A stretch of 64,000 nucleotides of DNA from Eledone cirrhosa (taxonomy: Eukaryota): contig OZ024763.1 of the NCBI GenBank assembly GCA_964016885.1, forward strand, positions 20,026,001 through 20,090,000, written 5' to 3'. Positions within the stretch are counted from its first letter, which is position 1, and the number at the start of each line of letters is the position of its first letter. Shown piece after piece: positions 13,756 to 29,074 of this stretch. Under the pieces are notes generated by a model that searched no databases, was not told where the DNA came from, and saw only the letters and a program-made list of their open reading frames with translations. A program made the translations under genes and the position numbers.

Positions 13756-14265
13756 AGGTTTAGCGTCCGTGTTCCACGCTTGCATGGGTTTGGACGGGGG
13801 TTTTCCCACTTGAGGCAAGAGTGGTTGTCTTGCTCGCATAGGACTGTCTGGCGGGTTTTCTACAGTTGGATGCCCTTCCTAACACCAACCACATTTACAG
13901 TGTGGGGCTGGGAGGTTTTTACCGTGTTGCCTACACGGCCACATTACAGCGTGGACTGTCTGGCGGGTTTTCTACAGCTGGATGCCCTTCCTAACACCAA
14001 CCACATTTACAGTGTGGGGCTGGGAGGTTTTTACCGTGTTGCCTACACGGCCACATTTACAGCGTGGACTGTGTGTTTTTTGTCGTGACACCTACACGAT
14101 CTCATTTGTTTCGGCCTGGATGTTGTGGCACCAACATAACTTTACATTGAAAGGGGCGGTGTGGAGGGACGGGGGTGTGTTTTGATAGAGGTGCCTACTG
14201 ACTGTAGTAGGTTTTTACTTTGTATTTAGGTAAGGCGGGTCTTCTCTATTACTGAGTACCGCCAA
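13740..14265 (-). mobile_element. Dispersed SINE/LINE-tail element with internal ~118-bp tandem duplication
   Basis: Near-identical copy in opposite orientation at ~51810-52178 and a partial copy at ~53350-53457; (GAT)n tail. Confidence 0.75.
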
Positions 14266-14401
14266 AGGTGTATATGTGAATATTTATGTACATTATTATG
14301 TACAAATTGTTGGACCCTTTTTTTTCTTTTAATTAACCAATTAAGTTATTAACCAATTAAGCTATTAACCAATTAACCTTGTTCTATTTGTCCAATTCCA
14401 G

Positions 14402-14526
14402 GTGATATCGGCGGATCAATGGGTCTGTTCCTTGGTGCCAGTGTTTTGACCATTTTTGAAATTGCAGAGTTTTTCTTTGGTCAGTCTTTGAGAGCAGTTT
14501 TCCAAGTTGGTAATAGGGTAAAATGA
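14402..14526 (+). CDS. DEG/ENaC (ASIC-like) channel, terminal coding exon with TM2
   Basis: ttccag|GT GAT ATC GGC GGA...; spliced translation [41 protein letters not shown], containing the DIGG.MGLF.GAS pore signature. Confidence 0.93.
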
Positions 14527-14529
14527 ATG

Positions 14530-15615
<1,086 letters not shown>

Positions 15616-16071
15616 CAGGGGCGAAGGGTCCATGCATGCAATGCATGCAGTGCATGCATTATAGAATCTTGAGTTGATCAATTGCATCGGTTGAAGCAAG
15701 CAGAATTTTGGCTGCTTACTAAAATGAATAGACACAAAAAAAGATAACACACACACCCACACACACACACACACATGCACACACACACACATGCACACAC
15801 ACACACACACACACACATGCACACAAACACATACACACAGACACTTGACAGCTTTGGGGCAAGCAGAATTTCGACTGCTTACTAAATCGTATAGACACAT
15901 AAAAAGATAACACACACACACACTAGATAACACTACATGCGGCTTTGACCGGGAGGGTCATTTAGAGGGAATTTGGAGAGGTGGGGGGTGGGGGGTAAGG
16001 TTGCACAGCCCCACTTTCCGCCATGGCAATTGGACTGCATGCACTGCTGTCCCGGTTACCCTTCGCCACTG
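15616..16071. mobile_element. hAT-like MITE
   Basis: Terminal inverted repeats CAGGGGCGAAGGG / CCCTTCGCCACTG (1 mismatch), inserted in (TA)n. Confidence 0.7.
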
Positions 16072-16158
16072 GTATATATATATATAAATATAAATATATA
16101 TATATGTAAGTATGTATGTATACGTACATACATATATGTATACAGACGTACAGTAGCA

Positions 16159-16196
<38 letters not shown>

Positions 16197-16275
16197 TATA
16201 CATATATATACATACAGCTACGCATACATAAATACGTACTAAGAGTGAGAAATGAAATTTCGTTTTCATTTTATT

Positions 16276-16432
<157 letters not shown>

Positions 16433-16822
16433 GGCTATCCAAAAATAAATGTGGAATTTATAGGTCTTTTCAGGTGGTAGGAGAGGGTGGGGAGTGGGAT
16501 GGGTAGAGGTCATTGGTTGATAGAAAAGGGAATTCATTAAAAGCTAATTCTTTAAAGCTATAATTTATATTTAGAGTGACAAAGGCAGAAAGAACTAACA
16601 ATGCCTTAAGAGAAACTTAAAAATAAGGAGTGGCACCCCATTCTGAACTTGTTTATAGAATTCTTTCTGCCTTTATCACTCTAAATATAAATTATAGCTT
16701 TAAAGAATTAGCTTTTAATGAATTCCCTTTTCTATCAACCAATGACCTCTACCCATCCCACTCCCCACCCTCTCCAACCACCTGAAAAGACCTATAAATT
16801 CCACATTTAATTTTGGATAGCC

Positions 16823-16873
16823 AGATTCCTGATGATTTCTAAAGAATGAAACAGTTCTAGTCCTGTAGAATCT
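16823..16873 (+). ncRNA. Type I hammerhead ribozyme motif, family 1
   Basis: AGATTC-CTGATGA-T-TTC(TAAA)GAA-T-GAA-ACAG(TTCTAGTC)CTGT-A-GAATCT: stem I, conserved core, stems II and III, GUA triplet. Confidence 0.8.
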
Positions 16874-16953
16874 CATCTATATTAAAACTTTTATACTCTG
16901 CTATGTATTGAGTACCTTACTTACTGTGGTTACCTCTGATTCAACCCGGAATA

Positions 16954-17016
<63 letters not shown>

Positions 17017-17231
17017 TTTATGCACATATATATACACAATATATACTCATATATGTGTAAATATTTGTGCATATATGTGTGTATATATATAGTTATATAT
17101 ATGTGTGTATGTATATATATATGTGTGTGTATATGTATACACACACACATATATATATATATATACATATGTATATGTATACATATGTACATATACATAT
17201 GTATATTTATATATGTACATATATATATGTA

Positions 17232-18114
17232 CTAGCATTAAAGCCCGGTGTTGCTCGGGGTCATTAAGTTACCAAAGTTAGGTTGCACCACCCATTTTAT
17301 GGCAGCACTTTTTTGTCTGCCAGGCGCTGGGTGAATGAATTGCAGACCTGGAAGCAGGAGCTGCGCCAGCAGTTACAATTGTAGTTTCGCCTATGGATAT
17401 TATCTCTGTGCAAAAAAGTGTTGAAATTTATTGTTTCACAGTACTTGCGCAACACACGTGTAGACGATGCCAGCCGAACAACAGAGCTGCGATAGAGTTG
17501 TTCTGCATGGTTGTCTGTGTGTTTTCTAAATTTCAGACAGTAGGGAGGGTTGTGATATGAGGGAGAGTTAGCTGTTGTTTCTAGCAGGTTTAGTGACCTC
17601 CTAGAGGATATGTGTTTTCTAAATTTAAGACAGTAGGGAGTGGTGTGATATGGGGGAGAGTTAGCTGCTGTTTCTAGCAGGTTTAGTGACCTCATAGAAG
17701 ATATGTTTTCTAAATTTAAGACAGTAGAGAGGGGTGTGATATGGGGGAGAGTTAGCTGCTGTTTCTAGCAGGTTTAGTAACCTCATAGAGGATATGTGTT
17801 TTCTAAATTTAAGACAGTAGGGAGTGGTGTGAACGGACAGTATCACCATCAAGCTTGGAAAGAGAAAGTAGCAGAAAGTATGAAGTTGTATAGATTTTGA
17901 ATGGTAGTAGAAAGAGTTCAGCAGTTTAAATGAGAGAGAAAAATATTGAGTTTTATCTATTTTTTGCGTAATTGTGGGTGAAATTGAAAAAATTATCTGC
18001 GTCAAGACGCAATTGAAACTATTTCGAATACTGAATTGTAAATTTCAATTGAGGAAATTCTATATCGTAGATTTCTATAACGAAGGAGCATGACCACACA
18101 CTGAGCTTTATAGA
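17232..18114 (-). mobile_element. Non-autonomous Helitron-like element containing a ~90-bp x3.5 tandem repeat (17515-17830)
   Basis: Minus strand begins A|TCTATAAAG and ends with hairpin CCCGAGCAACACCGGG, then CTAG|T. Confidence 0.65.
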
Positions 18115-18275
18115 TTATGATATATATATATATACTTTATAAATAACATATTACCCACATTTCTTTTATATATGTGTATACATTTATATATATATATTAA
18201 TACAATTATATATTCATATATATATGTATATATAAATATTTATATGTATATATATATATATTTATATATATATGT

Positions 18276-18332
<57 letters not shown>

Positions 18333-18759
18333 TATATAAATATAAATATATATATGTATACATACATATATATATATATGTACATACACATACTATCCTA
18401 GTGTCTCTTTCTTTCTTTCGAAAGACTAATGGTGGTGGTGGTGTGATATGAGAAGTTTCGTTGCTATTTCTAGCATCCCTTGTGACACATAGTGGACACC
18501 TCGTTAATACTGTTGTTGTTGTTGTTTGTTAATTTTGTTTTCATTCCAAAAACAAAGAATAAATAAATCCAAATAAAGGAATAAAACCATTTACAAAGAC
18601 ATTTCCGGCTTTTTGTGTACTTAATTTTCTCTCTGTTTTAACCCTTTAGCATTTAAACCAGCCGTATCTGGCCACAATTCTTTCACCTCTTCAAGGCAGT
18701 GCCCCAGAATGGCCACAGTCTAATGACTGAAATCAGTAAAACGATTAAAGAATATATTA

Positions 18760-20232
18760 TTATCATTCTTAGTGCCTTTCATCCTTACGGGGTCGATAAA
18801 ATAAAGTACCAGTCATGCACTGGGGTCGATTTATTCGACTTTCCCCTCCCCCAAAATTGCTGGCCTTGTGCCTAAATAAGAAACCATTCTTAGAACACAA
18901 AGGGCCATAACTCTATGCTGCAAAGCATGGTGTCTGACACTCTACCGTTACTGCCAAACCACCGCCTTAACAATTGTTTCTATTTGAGGCACAAGGCCAG
19001 CAATTAGTAGGGGAGAGGGGAAAGTCGATTATATCGATCCCAGTACATTACTGGTACTTTATTTTATCGACCCCCGTAAGGATGAAAGGCAAAGTTAACC
19101 TCGGCGGGATTTGACTTTGCCTTTCATCCTTACGGGGGCAATAAAATAAAATACCAGTAACATACTGGGGTCGATTTAATCGACTTTCACCTCCCCTCAA
19201 ATTACTGGCCTTGTGCCTATACTAGAAATCATTATTATTATTATTATTATTACAGTTGCATTTATCTTGCTTTATGTTCATACGAGTTATCACCAAGTCA
19301 CAACCAGTGACCTCAAGAGACAACAAGGTCCGCCATGTTCAAAAAAGAACATACATATTCACACATGCATCTTTAGTGTTTAGACTTGTGATGTACTTAT
19401 ATTGACAGAATCTTCCTTAGTATATGGGCAGTTCCCATTAGTACTATCTTTTGTATTTCTCCTATACGCGGGTTTCCTGGGATTTGCGATAAGTAATCAT
19501 TAGACCCACCAGATACCATGCTTTTCAGCATAGTGTTACGGCCCTTTATGTTCTGAGTTCAAATCCCGCCGAGGTTAATTTTGCCTCTCATCCTTACAGG
19601 GTCGATAAAATAAAGTACCAGTAATACACTGGGGGTAATTGCTGGCCTTGTGCCAAAAGGGGTGGGGGAAATCAGTAAAATTTATAGATAAATATAGAAA
19701 CATTGTATAACAATAGTTTAAATTGAGGGATATTTGACTGCTATTTCTAGTATTTTGAGAAGTCACGTAGAAGGAATTCTTCTTCTTCTTCTTTGCCTTC
19801 TTCTTCACCTTCTTCTTTGCCTTCTTCGCCTTCTTTTTCTTTTTCTTTTTCTTTTTCCCCTTCTCCTTCTTCTTGAGAGGGTCATGAGGGCAAAGTGCTC
19901 AAGGAAATAAAAAATAAAAAGTGAAGTTTCGAAAAAGCTTGTCTCACTGATTTAGAATGCTCAGCCACCTCAAACCTGGGTACTGTCACCTGTAACGCAG
20001 AAAAGAAGATAAGTGAAATGATATTATTTTAGATAATTAGGGTGGTATTATGGCAGTATCGGTAGAGGGTCGGACGCCATGCTTTGTAGCATAGAGTTAC
20101 GGCCCTTTATGATCTGAATTCAAATCCCGCAGTGGTTAACTTTGCCCTTCATCCTTATGGGGTCGATAAAATAAAGTACCAGTAATACACTGGGATAATT
20201 GCAGGCCTTGTGACAAAAGTAGAAACAATTAT
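18760..20232. mobile_element. Cluster of family A SINE copies/fragments in both orientations
   Basis: Repeated CCTTTCATCCTTACGGGGTCGATAAAATAAAGTACCAGT core and its reverse complement. Confidence 0.85.
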
Positions 20233-20319
20233 TTTAGATAATTATGTGAGATAAAGCCTTTATCGCAAAAATACAAAGGGTTAAATATAAAAATTACTTC
20301 ACTTCAGTTAATAAAAGAA

Positions 20320-20945
20320 CACGCATCAGCGTTTCCCTGAGGCTCGGCCTCCGGATCTGCCAGCCACACCAATGTCGCTGCAGTTCCACCGTGGACTCTT
20401 TCGGCCCCCACCCGCTTTCCTGTTGCCACAGTGCCGGCCGCATTCCACGCCATGCTGCCATCAACGAGGTCATTAAGCATGGCTTGGACGCTGCAGGCTT
20501 CCCTTCCCAGCTTGAGCCGATGGGGCTGGATCGAAGGGATGGTAAAAGGCCAGATGGCTTGACCATCTTCCCGTTCTGCGGTGGAAAACCCTTCGTCTGG
20601 GATGCCACTTGCACCGACACTTTCTGCAGCTGCAACCTGGTGCAGTGTGTGACTGACCCAGGTTCTGCTGCACGTCGGGATGAGGGGGCCAAACTCCTCA
20701 AATACCGGTCACTCTCCAACAGGTTTGCGGTCGTTCCCTTGGCAGTGGAGACTTCTGGTGTCCTCGGCCCCAGGGCCACCTCCTTACTCACTACCATAGG
20801 CGCTGAACTGGCCAGCCGCAGGTGTGAGCCCCGCGAGTTGGAGTGGCTTTTCCAGTGCGTCTCCCTTGCCGTCCTCCGAGGAAACGCCTTCTCCGTTCTG
20901 TCCGCCGGGGCTGTGGGTGGACCCCATCGCGTACCATTGTAGTTG
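20320..20945 (+). mobile_element. CRE-like non-LTR retrotransposon 3' end: zinc knuckle plus restriction-like endonuclease
   Basis: LRLG..CQPHQCRC...HPLSC...RH..IN...LEPMGLDRRDGKRPDG...WDATCTDT...KY..L....PLAVETSG motifs, frame intact for >183 aa. Confidence 0.85.
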
Positions 20946-21579
20946 TTGTAGAAGAAACAGGAACACAATAACTGGTAAGTTTGATTTCCTACTTTATCAT
21001 TTACTTCTGCACTGAAATATATATACAAGTACCAGTAATATTATATACTGAAGGTTAATTTTAATGGAATGCTACCCTTGCTCTGTAAAGTTTGCTTTTA
21101 TGACTTATTAAGAATAAGTTATTACTAGTCATAAAAGTTGATGTTTTTGCTGTTATTTCGTTATGTTGAGAGTGGCAAGAGATCGTTTGTTAGTCGTAGC
21201 AGCAAGTTAGTAGTCCTCGCCCAGTTACAAGAGAAGATGAGAGTATATAGGACCAGGAGCGAGAGTAAAGGTCTGTAGACCCAGAGAGAGAGAGTTATAG
21301 TCTGTAGACCAAGAGAGAGAGAGAGTAAGAGTTATAGTCTGTAGACCCGGAGAGAGAGTAAGAGAATCTGTAGACCCTAAGGAGTCTGTAGAAAGCAAAT
21401 GTTTCACATCGTTACTCTACCAGGAACTGCTCCGAACTGCCTTTAGCTTGGTCTAAGACGAGCTATTTATATCTGTCGCTTCCTCTGTCCCCTGCCTTGG
21501 GGACCACCGGGGTGACCTCGAGGGATCGCCCACGCATAAACTTGTTTACGCCAAAAAGGAGGTAACCCAGAATTTGACC

Positions 21580-22310
21580 GTTAAGTGTTACCCAGGGGTC
21601 AAGGTGTGGACAGATTTCGCTACACCTTTCCGTGCCAGTTTCTGCCGAGACCTCTGGTGTTCTTGGTGACCTCTGAATGTCTCAGGAAAGAATTACTGGA
21701 GTTGCTCCAGGTAGAGCCACTACTTCTTCGAATTGAGACATCACAGCTCTGATACTATGGGCATGTGGTTAGAATGTCTCAAAAAATATACGCAGGATAG
21801 ATTTTACGGGCAAAACCAACTGGCAAGAGACCCAGAGATAGACCCCGAGCAATGGTTGGATAACATCCATAAGCTTGGCTGGTCCAGCTTGGGGATCCAG
21901 CCAGATCAGTTGGAGACTGTTGCTTCTGACAAGACCCGCTGGAAGGAATGTTTGAGGACTCTGCCCCCGCGACCCTCGCAGGCATAAGTGGACGAAAAAG
22001 AAGACGAATCAAACTATTCTTCTCTCCAAGACACAATTTTCAAAGAAGATAAGTCAAATGGCGGGACTGGGTGGAGGGCTTCCTTTGAAGCGTTAAGTGT
22101 CACTCAGGAGTCAAGGTGTGGACAGATTTCGCTACACCTCCCTGTGCCAGATTCTGCCAAGACCTCTGGTGTTCTTGGTGACTTCTGAATCTCTCAGGAA
22201 AGAATCATTGGGCTTGCCCCAGGTAGAGCCGCTACTTCTCTGAATTGAAAGATTACAGCTCCGATACTATGGACAGGTATTCTTCTCTCCAAGACACAAT
22301 TTTCAAGTTG
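21580..22310 (+). repeat. Local ~170-bp direct duplication (21598-21770 and 22110-22272) flanking an RTE LINE 3' fragment
   Basis: GTCAAGGTGTGGACAGATTTCGCTACACC... occurs twice; the intervening DNA reads GHVVRM..KPTGKRPRDRPR and ASDKTRWK. Confidence 0.65.
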
Positions 22311-24199
22311 GACCAGAGAAGTCAAAATATGATATTAATAAAAATGTTTTTATATGTAGATTGGGCAAGACTGCAACTCGATCCCTTGAATCCGATTTAA
22401 CAAAAAATATTTCTTCAGTTTAGCATTAAAAAAAAACCCAACTAATTCTGTAACAAACTATCAAATAGATCTTCCATTCATACCTCTCCGAACTCGGTAA
22501 CAAAGTTGACTCTCCTTGTGTGCGGACGGACGAGTCTATTGACATTGCCTGCAAAAAATAAAAACGTCTGCGTGTGTATGTATGTTAGTTTGCTGTTGGA
22601 TATTACCACAAAGAACAACACAAAAATAGTGTTGCACCTAAATCGGGTTAATTTCTGTAAGAGGGAACAAAAAAAAAAAAGAAACTTCTGGAAAAGTTTT
22701 ACAAAATTGTCGTAAAATGTAAAAATTGTTCTTGAGATGTGTTGAATTAATACTGAGTTACAATTTAGGTAAGAAGACGGCATATTTAATTGAAGTATTT
22801 GACAAGTAACGATATTTTGCCGACCCTGAAAGGATGAAAGGCAAAGTTGACCTTGGTGGGACTTCAACTCAGAACAACTATTTCAACAGTATTTTAGCCG
22901 ACGCTCAACCAATTCTGTCTATCCACCATCCTAATCAAACCAAAATATTTATTTCTAATTTGGGGCGGGGGAAAAGTTGATTAAATCAACCCCCAGTGTA
23001 TTACTGGTACATTTTACCGACTCTGAAAGGATGAAAGGCAAGTCTTTCTCAGAAGATAGAATGTGAAATAAAAGACGAAATAGAAAGATAGAGTGAGAAG
23101 AGGAAGGACCGTGAAAAAAGTTTTCTTTGGGAAAAAAACCCGTGTGTATTCTGCCATCCATTTTAAAGAAATATATATTGTTTAAGATTTTTATTTAAGC
23201 AAATTAATCTTTTGTTAGTTTTAATATATAAATTAATCAAAGATGGGCGAGGAACCATTAAAAATTATTTAGTTATTCATGTTTCGGCGAGAATTATATT
23301 TGCAAAAAGAGTTCTCAGCCACCGAGATTCATTAAAACTCCATTTCCAAAATAACTTCTATTCCAAGGAATTAAATTACATGCTAGGTACTTAGATGTAA
23401 ATAATAGAAGTTATTTAATATTTCTAAAACCTTTACTAAGTGCGATTTGAAACACATTATTTTGCTATTACCGCTACATCCTCTGCTCGCAAAATGGCGG
23501 ATTAATGCAGTGTGTGAGATCAACTGTCAATTTTCGACATTGTCTTTGCTTTGCAAGACTTTTCTATCTTCAATAAAGGAATCTTAAAAACGGATTTTAC
23601 TTTTAATTTTAAAGGTAAGACCCCCTATGTTATCTATAATACTAACTTCGGTAAATTACAACCGACATAGCTATATATTTATTTATTTAATCAATTTAAT
23701 CCGTATAGAGCTAGTTCACCATGGCAGACTAGGGGAAGTATCTAGTACTTTTTACAGTAAGAAACAAAAAACAAGATATACAGAGATAGGTGAATATGAA
23801 AATAAAATTGAATTTAAACATCTGTATAGAGCTGGTAAACCATGGCAGACTAGGGGAGTATCTAGTACTCCTCACAGTTGAGAAACAAAAACAAGTTATA
23901 TGAAAATAAAAAATAAAAAAAATATAAAATGAAATAAAAAAAAAAATCCTTAACCGTTTTCTTGTGGGGTGGGGTTGAAAAAATTGTATTTTTAAATTTT
24001 CGCAAAATCTTAATCATCGTTCATTTAGAATATAGAAACTCGAAAATATTGTCTAAAAAATCAAAGGAAACAATTTATGATAGTAAAATGGGTGGGGGAA
24101 TTTATTTATGAATATTTTTCTATGTGGTAAATTAGTAGAGTCAATATGGCATCTGTGTTTTATTTCTGGCTCACTATATTCTAGGTTCAAATCCCGCCT

Positions 24200-24840
24200 G
24201 CTTTCTTCTGCCATGATTTGAGATCGGCAGATTGAATGAGTACTGGAAAGACCAATGGAAACATAGTTTCTTTGGTTCGAGCTGATGATCAGCTCCTTTC
24301 TTCTGCCAGGATTTTTGACTGACAGATAATACTAGCAATAGAAAGACTAATGGAAACATTGTTTCTTTGGTCTGATCTGATAACCAGATCCTTTCTTCTG
24401 CCAGGAGTTGTTACTGACAGATAGTATCAGCAATGGAAAGACCAATGGAAACATTGTTTCTTTGGTCTGATCTGATAACCAGATCCTTTCTTCTGCCAGG
24501 AGTTGTTACTGACAGATAGTATCAGCAATGGAAAGACCAATGGAAACATTGTTTCTTTGGTCTGATCTGATAACCAGATCCTTTCTTCTGCCAGGAGTTG
24601 TTACTGACAGATAGTATCAGCAATGGAAAGACCAATGGAAACATTGTTTCTTTGGTCTGATCTGATAACCAGATCCTTTCTTCTGCCAGGAGTTGTTACT
24701 GACAGATAGTATCAGCAATGGAAAGACCAATGGAAACATTGTTTCTTTGGTTCAATCTGATAATTAGCACCTTTCTTCGACCAGGAGCTGTGACTGAAAG
24801 AAAGTATCAATAGAAATTGTTTCTTTGGTCTGATCTGAAG
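24200..24840. repeat. 95-bp tandem repeat, ~6 copies
   Basis: GGAAAGACCAATGG at 24435, 24530, 24625 and 24720. Confidence 0.92.
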
Positions 24841-24959
24841 ATCCCCCCCCCCTCTTTCTTTCCCCTCTTTAAAAAAAAATTGCTAACAAAATTTTGTCTA
24901 TTTTTTTAACGCAATACTTAAGTATTTTATTGTATAATTTTGCACTACTTTTTCAAAAG

Positions 24960-25840
24960 TTTTAATGTCAAATGTATTGATAATTTTGTCAAATGTATCG
25001 ATAATTGTATTGGCATTTGTATTGATTTTGTCAAATGTATTATAATTTTGTCAGTTATATTGATAATTTGAATGTCAATTGTATTGATAATTTTATTGTC
25101 AAATGTATCGATAATTTGAATGGCAGTTGTATTTATTTTTTAATGTCAAATGTATCGATAATTTTATTGGTAATTTTGTCAAATGTATTGATCATGGTAT
25201 TGTCAATTGTATCGATAATTTGAATGTCAAATGTATTGTCAATTGTATCGATAATTTGAATGTCAAATGTATTGACCATTGTATTGATAATTTGAATGTC
25301 AAATGTATTGATAATTGTATCGATAATTTTGTCAAATGTATTGATCATTGTATCGATAATTTTGTATCGATATTTGTATTGATAATTTTGTCAATTATAT
25401 CAATGAGTTTAATGTCAATTGTATTGATAATTTTAATACCAAATATATCGATATTTTAGTGTCACGTATATCAATTATAATACCAAGTATATTGGTAATT
25501 TTTTCAGATATATCGATTTTAATACCAACTATATTGATCATATTAGTGTCAGGTTTATCGATTTTAATACTAAGTATATTGATATTAGTGTCAGATATAT
25601 TGTCAGATATATCGATTTTAATGCCAAGTGTATTGGTATGTGTCAGATATATTGATTTTAGTACCAAATATATTGATATTAGTGTCAGATATATCGATTT
25701 TAGTACCAAGTATATTGATATGCGTCAGATATATCAATTTTCGTACCAAATATATTGATATTAGTGTCAGATATATCGATTTTAGTACCAAGTATATTGA
25801 TATTAGTGTCGGGTTTATCGATTTTAATACCAACTATATT
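24960..25840. repeat. Two adjacent degenerate AT-rich minisatellites (TGTCAAATGTATYGATAAT type; ~42-bp ATTAGTGTCAGATATATCGATTTTAGTACCAAG type)
   Basis: Direct inspection. Confidence 0.8.
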
Positions 25841-26519
25841 GTGAGAGAGAATAAATGTAGTGTCTGAGCATTCCACAGACACGTGTCCCCTTAATGCAAT
25901 TCTCGGAGATTCAGCATGACAGTATATGACAAGACAGGTACCTTTAAATTACAGCTATATACCATCTTGTATCATAGTGCAAGTGCCTGAGCATTCTTAA
26001 CGTTATTCCCAGGGAGATTCAGCATAACACTGTGTAACAAGGCTGGTACCTTTGAATTACAGGTACAGTCCTCCTTTTACTATTACTGCTGGTGCCACGA
26101 AATGCACCTAGTACACTCTGTAAAGTTGTTGGAGATAGTAAGGGTACCCAATCATAGAAAACTTACCAATCAAAGTATTGAGAACTATGTTAAGGGTTCA
26201 CATGTCATGGAATACCCAGCCACATATTTCACTAACAGACTGATCTGTTAATCAAACAACTGGAACGCTCATCGTTACAGTCAGGATCAGCTAAAAATTT
26301 CTAACAGATATATTAAGGTTATTAGTCCCCATCACCCTCACCACGCCTCCATCATCCCCACCGCCGCCATCATCCCCATTACCCCCACCGCCGCCATCAC
26401 CCCATTACCCCCACCGCCTCCTCCATCACCCCACCACCTCCTCCATCACCCCACCACCTCCTCCATCACCCCCTCCACCACTATCACCCCCCTCCACTAT
26501 CATTCCAATTTATTATAAA

Positions 26520-26698
26520 TGGTAGTATCGGTAGAGGGTCGGACGCCATGCTTTCCAGCATAGTTACGTCCCTTTACGATCTGAGTTCAAATCCCGCCGA
26601 GGTTGACTTTGCCTTTCATCCTTACGGGGTCGATAAAATAAAGTACCAGTAAGGCACTGGGTAGTTGCTGGCCTTGTGCCTAAAGTAGAAACAATTAT
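26520..26698 (+). mobile_element. Family A SINE, near full length
   Basis: TGGTAGTATCGGTAGAGGGTCGGACGCC...GAGTTCAAATCCCGCCG...AGAAACAATT. Confidence 0.85.
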
Positions 26699-26724
26699 AA
26701 ATTTAAAATTATTTTATAAATTTC

Positions 26725-27029
26725 ATGGCATAGAACAGAACAAAGGAGAGGCACAAAACAAAGAAAAGAATCCCCAGTCACTGAAGAGGTCACAGAATGT
26801 GTGACAAAAGAACTTTGACAATATATGAACAACCGTCCGGTTGTGGAACCAACCAACCGGAAATTTATGAATTTTTTTTAAATTTATAATTTAATTTATA
26901 ATAAATTGAAGTGAAAGCAACTGGTGCGTGTGTTTCTTATTGGCAACACGACCCTCCCAAAGTATAACAATATCGGTTTCAACACACGTTTTCAGATAAA
27001 GAATCTTGCTAAACAAATTCAGAAACGAT

Positions 27030-27030
<1 letters not shown>
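26725..27030 (+). mobile_element. Penelope-like terminus, family 2, with degenerate hammerhead (26776-26820)
   Basis: Homologous to 48830-49063 and 57340-57620; the GAAA core is mutated to AAAA. Confidence 0.7.
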
Positions 27031-27078
<48 letters not shown>

Positions 27079-27395
27079 GATTCGCGTTAAATATTTATAT
27101 AAACTTTGATATTCTGTATACATGTATGTAGAAATATATGTATGTATGTATATATATATATATATATATATAGTACACACACACATATATATATATTATA
27201 TACATCGTAAACATACATGAATATATATATGTAGAAGTTATTTTTAATTTGTTGGGATAGAACAAGCAAATATTTTTACAAGCAAATATTTTTACAAGCA
27301 AATATTTTTATAACTGATATAAAGCACTCAACAAATTTTTGGAGTAAAAATACAATACATTAACAAATGGAAACTATATTTATAAAACCATATTT

Positions 27396-27458
27396 ATTTC
27401 ATTATACATATTTCAAGGACACCAAAGCAAATTATGGTGCACTTTCATCAGATAAAAT
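27396..27458 (-). ncRNA. Minimal type I hammerhead motif, family 4
   Basis: ATTTTAT-CTGATGA-AAGTGCACC..GGTGTCCTT-GAAA-TATGTATA-ATGAAAT; homologous to 56638-56701. Confidence 0.7.
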
Positions 27459-28036
27459 ATAATATAGATCAGTTTTATAAACAAATATTGGCATACCCTT
27501 AAAAGAATGCGACCATGTCTGTTGGAAGCTCCTGGATAGAGGAGTTATTAATTTTATTATTGGTCTATTATGCAAATTAGTGTCGGAGAAGTTTAAATCC
27601 CATACATTTAAATTAAGCCGTTGGATATATATATATATTTTTTTGTATATATATGCACATGAATTTCCCTGAGTTCTTGGTAATGGTACCCGTGTCTGAA
27701 GAAGGCAGACGACAGTTCCATTGATGGAACCACGATACAGAGGGCAGACGGAGATCGATCTATGTATGTATATATATATATATGTGTGTGTGTGTCCGTA
27801 TGTGTGTATATGTATATGTGTGTGTATATATATATATGTGTGTGTGTCCGTATGTGTGTATGTATATGTATGTGTATATATATGTATGTGTGGGTATATA
27901 TATGTGTGTGTGCATATATATATATGTGTGTGTGTGTGTGTGCGTATATGTGTGTGTATATGTATATATGTGTGTATGTGCGTATATGTATATATGTGTG
28001 TATGTATGTATATATATATATATGTGTATGTATATA

Positions 28037-28860
28037 CTCCTGAGCTTCTTCTGCCTCGGAACCATCCAGAAGTCACATGGAGCTAAGTCTGGACTGTAGG
28101 CAGGATGAGGGACAGTCATGATCCCCATATCGGTCAAGTAGTTGGTCACAAGGATGGATTTGTGGCAGGGAGTGTTGTCCTGGTACAGGGGCCACCGACC
28201 AAACTTGAAGAGTTCTGTTCTCTTGTGACAAAATCTCTTTCTGAACTGCTTCAAAACCCTCTACAGAGTGCTTTGTGTTGACTGTCTGGCCGTGGGGGAC
28301 CCAGTCGAAGTAGATGATGCTGTTGCTGTCAAAGAATGGGATTATCATGAGCTTTTCAGTGGACCTGCTTTGCCTGGCCTTCTTGGGTCTTGGGGAGTCA
28401 GAATTTTTCTACTGTCCACTCTGTCTTTTGGTCTCTGGATCATAACAGTAGACCCAGCTCTTGCCACAGGTTACCAGAGACTCGAGGACTCTTGGATTTG
28501 AAGCAATTCCCTCAACCATCCCTGCTGTCATCAATGTCCCTCTTCCTTTGATCTTCATTGAACACCCTGAGAACAAACTTTGCACATGTTCAGATCATCA
28601 TGACTGTGCACAGTTCCCTCAACCACATCAAATTGTTTAGCAATTATCAGAAGAGATGCAAGATGGTCCTCTTCCAGAAATTTGCGAATTTTGGCATCCA
28701 GATGTCCCTCTCCCTGCCACACTTCTTGTTGTCCCTCACCTGTTCCCTACCATCTTGGAACCTCTTGTGCCAGAGCCTGGCTGATAAGAGTTAGTCTGTA
28801 AGCAGCTTTGAGCATTTTATAGATTTCTGTAAGTTTTTTGCTGAGCTTGACACAAAACTT
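28037..28860 (-). mobile_element. Mariner transposase pseudogene
   Basis: MIIPFFDS..I....VP.GQTVN, QDNTPCH and PHPAYSPDLAPCDFW motifs, frameshifted. Confidence 0.88.
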
Positions 28861-29074
28861 TTATTACTTATCAAGTCTCTAAGTTGTCCTTTTTTATTTT
28901 TTTCAGTTTAAATTTAAACGGAAAGGTTTTTTTTTTCTTTTTTTTTTTGAGGCGCAGATTATTTTATTTTTCCAAATATAATTCATTAGTAGAGAAAAGC
29001 AATGAAGACTGACATGATGCTGAATGAAAACAAAAGCAATATATGCAAACACACACCGACCACAACTAAATATG

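Noticed and set aside
12900-13763. Poly-His, poly-Pro and poly-Val ORFs
   Set aside because: Translations of trinucleotide repeats inside the DEG/ENaC intron.
21150-21590. Possible solo LTR
   Set aside because: Could not identify matching TG...CA ends with a TSD, or a second copy in the window.
27690-27752. Possible hammerhead CCGTGT-CTGAAGA...CGATAC...AGACGG
   Set aside because: GAAA core and cleavage triplet are absent; too degenerate to call.
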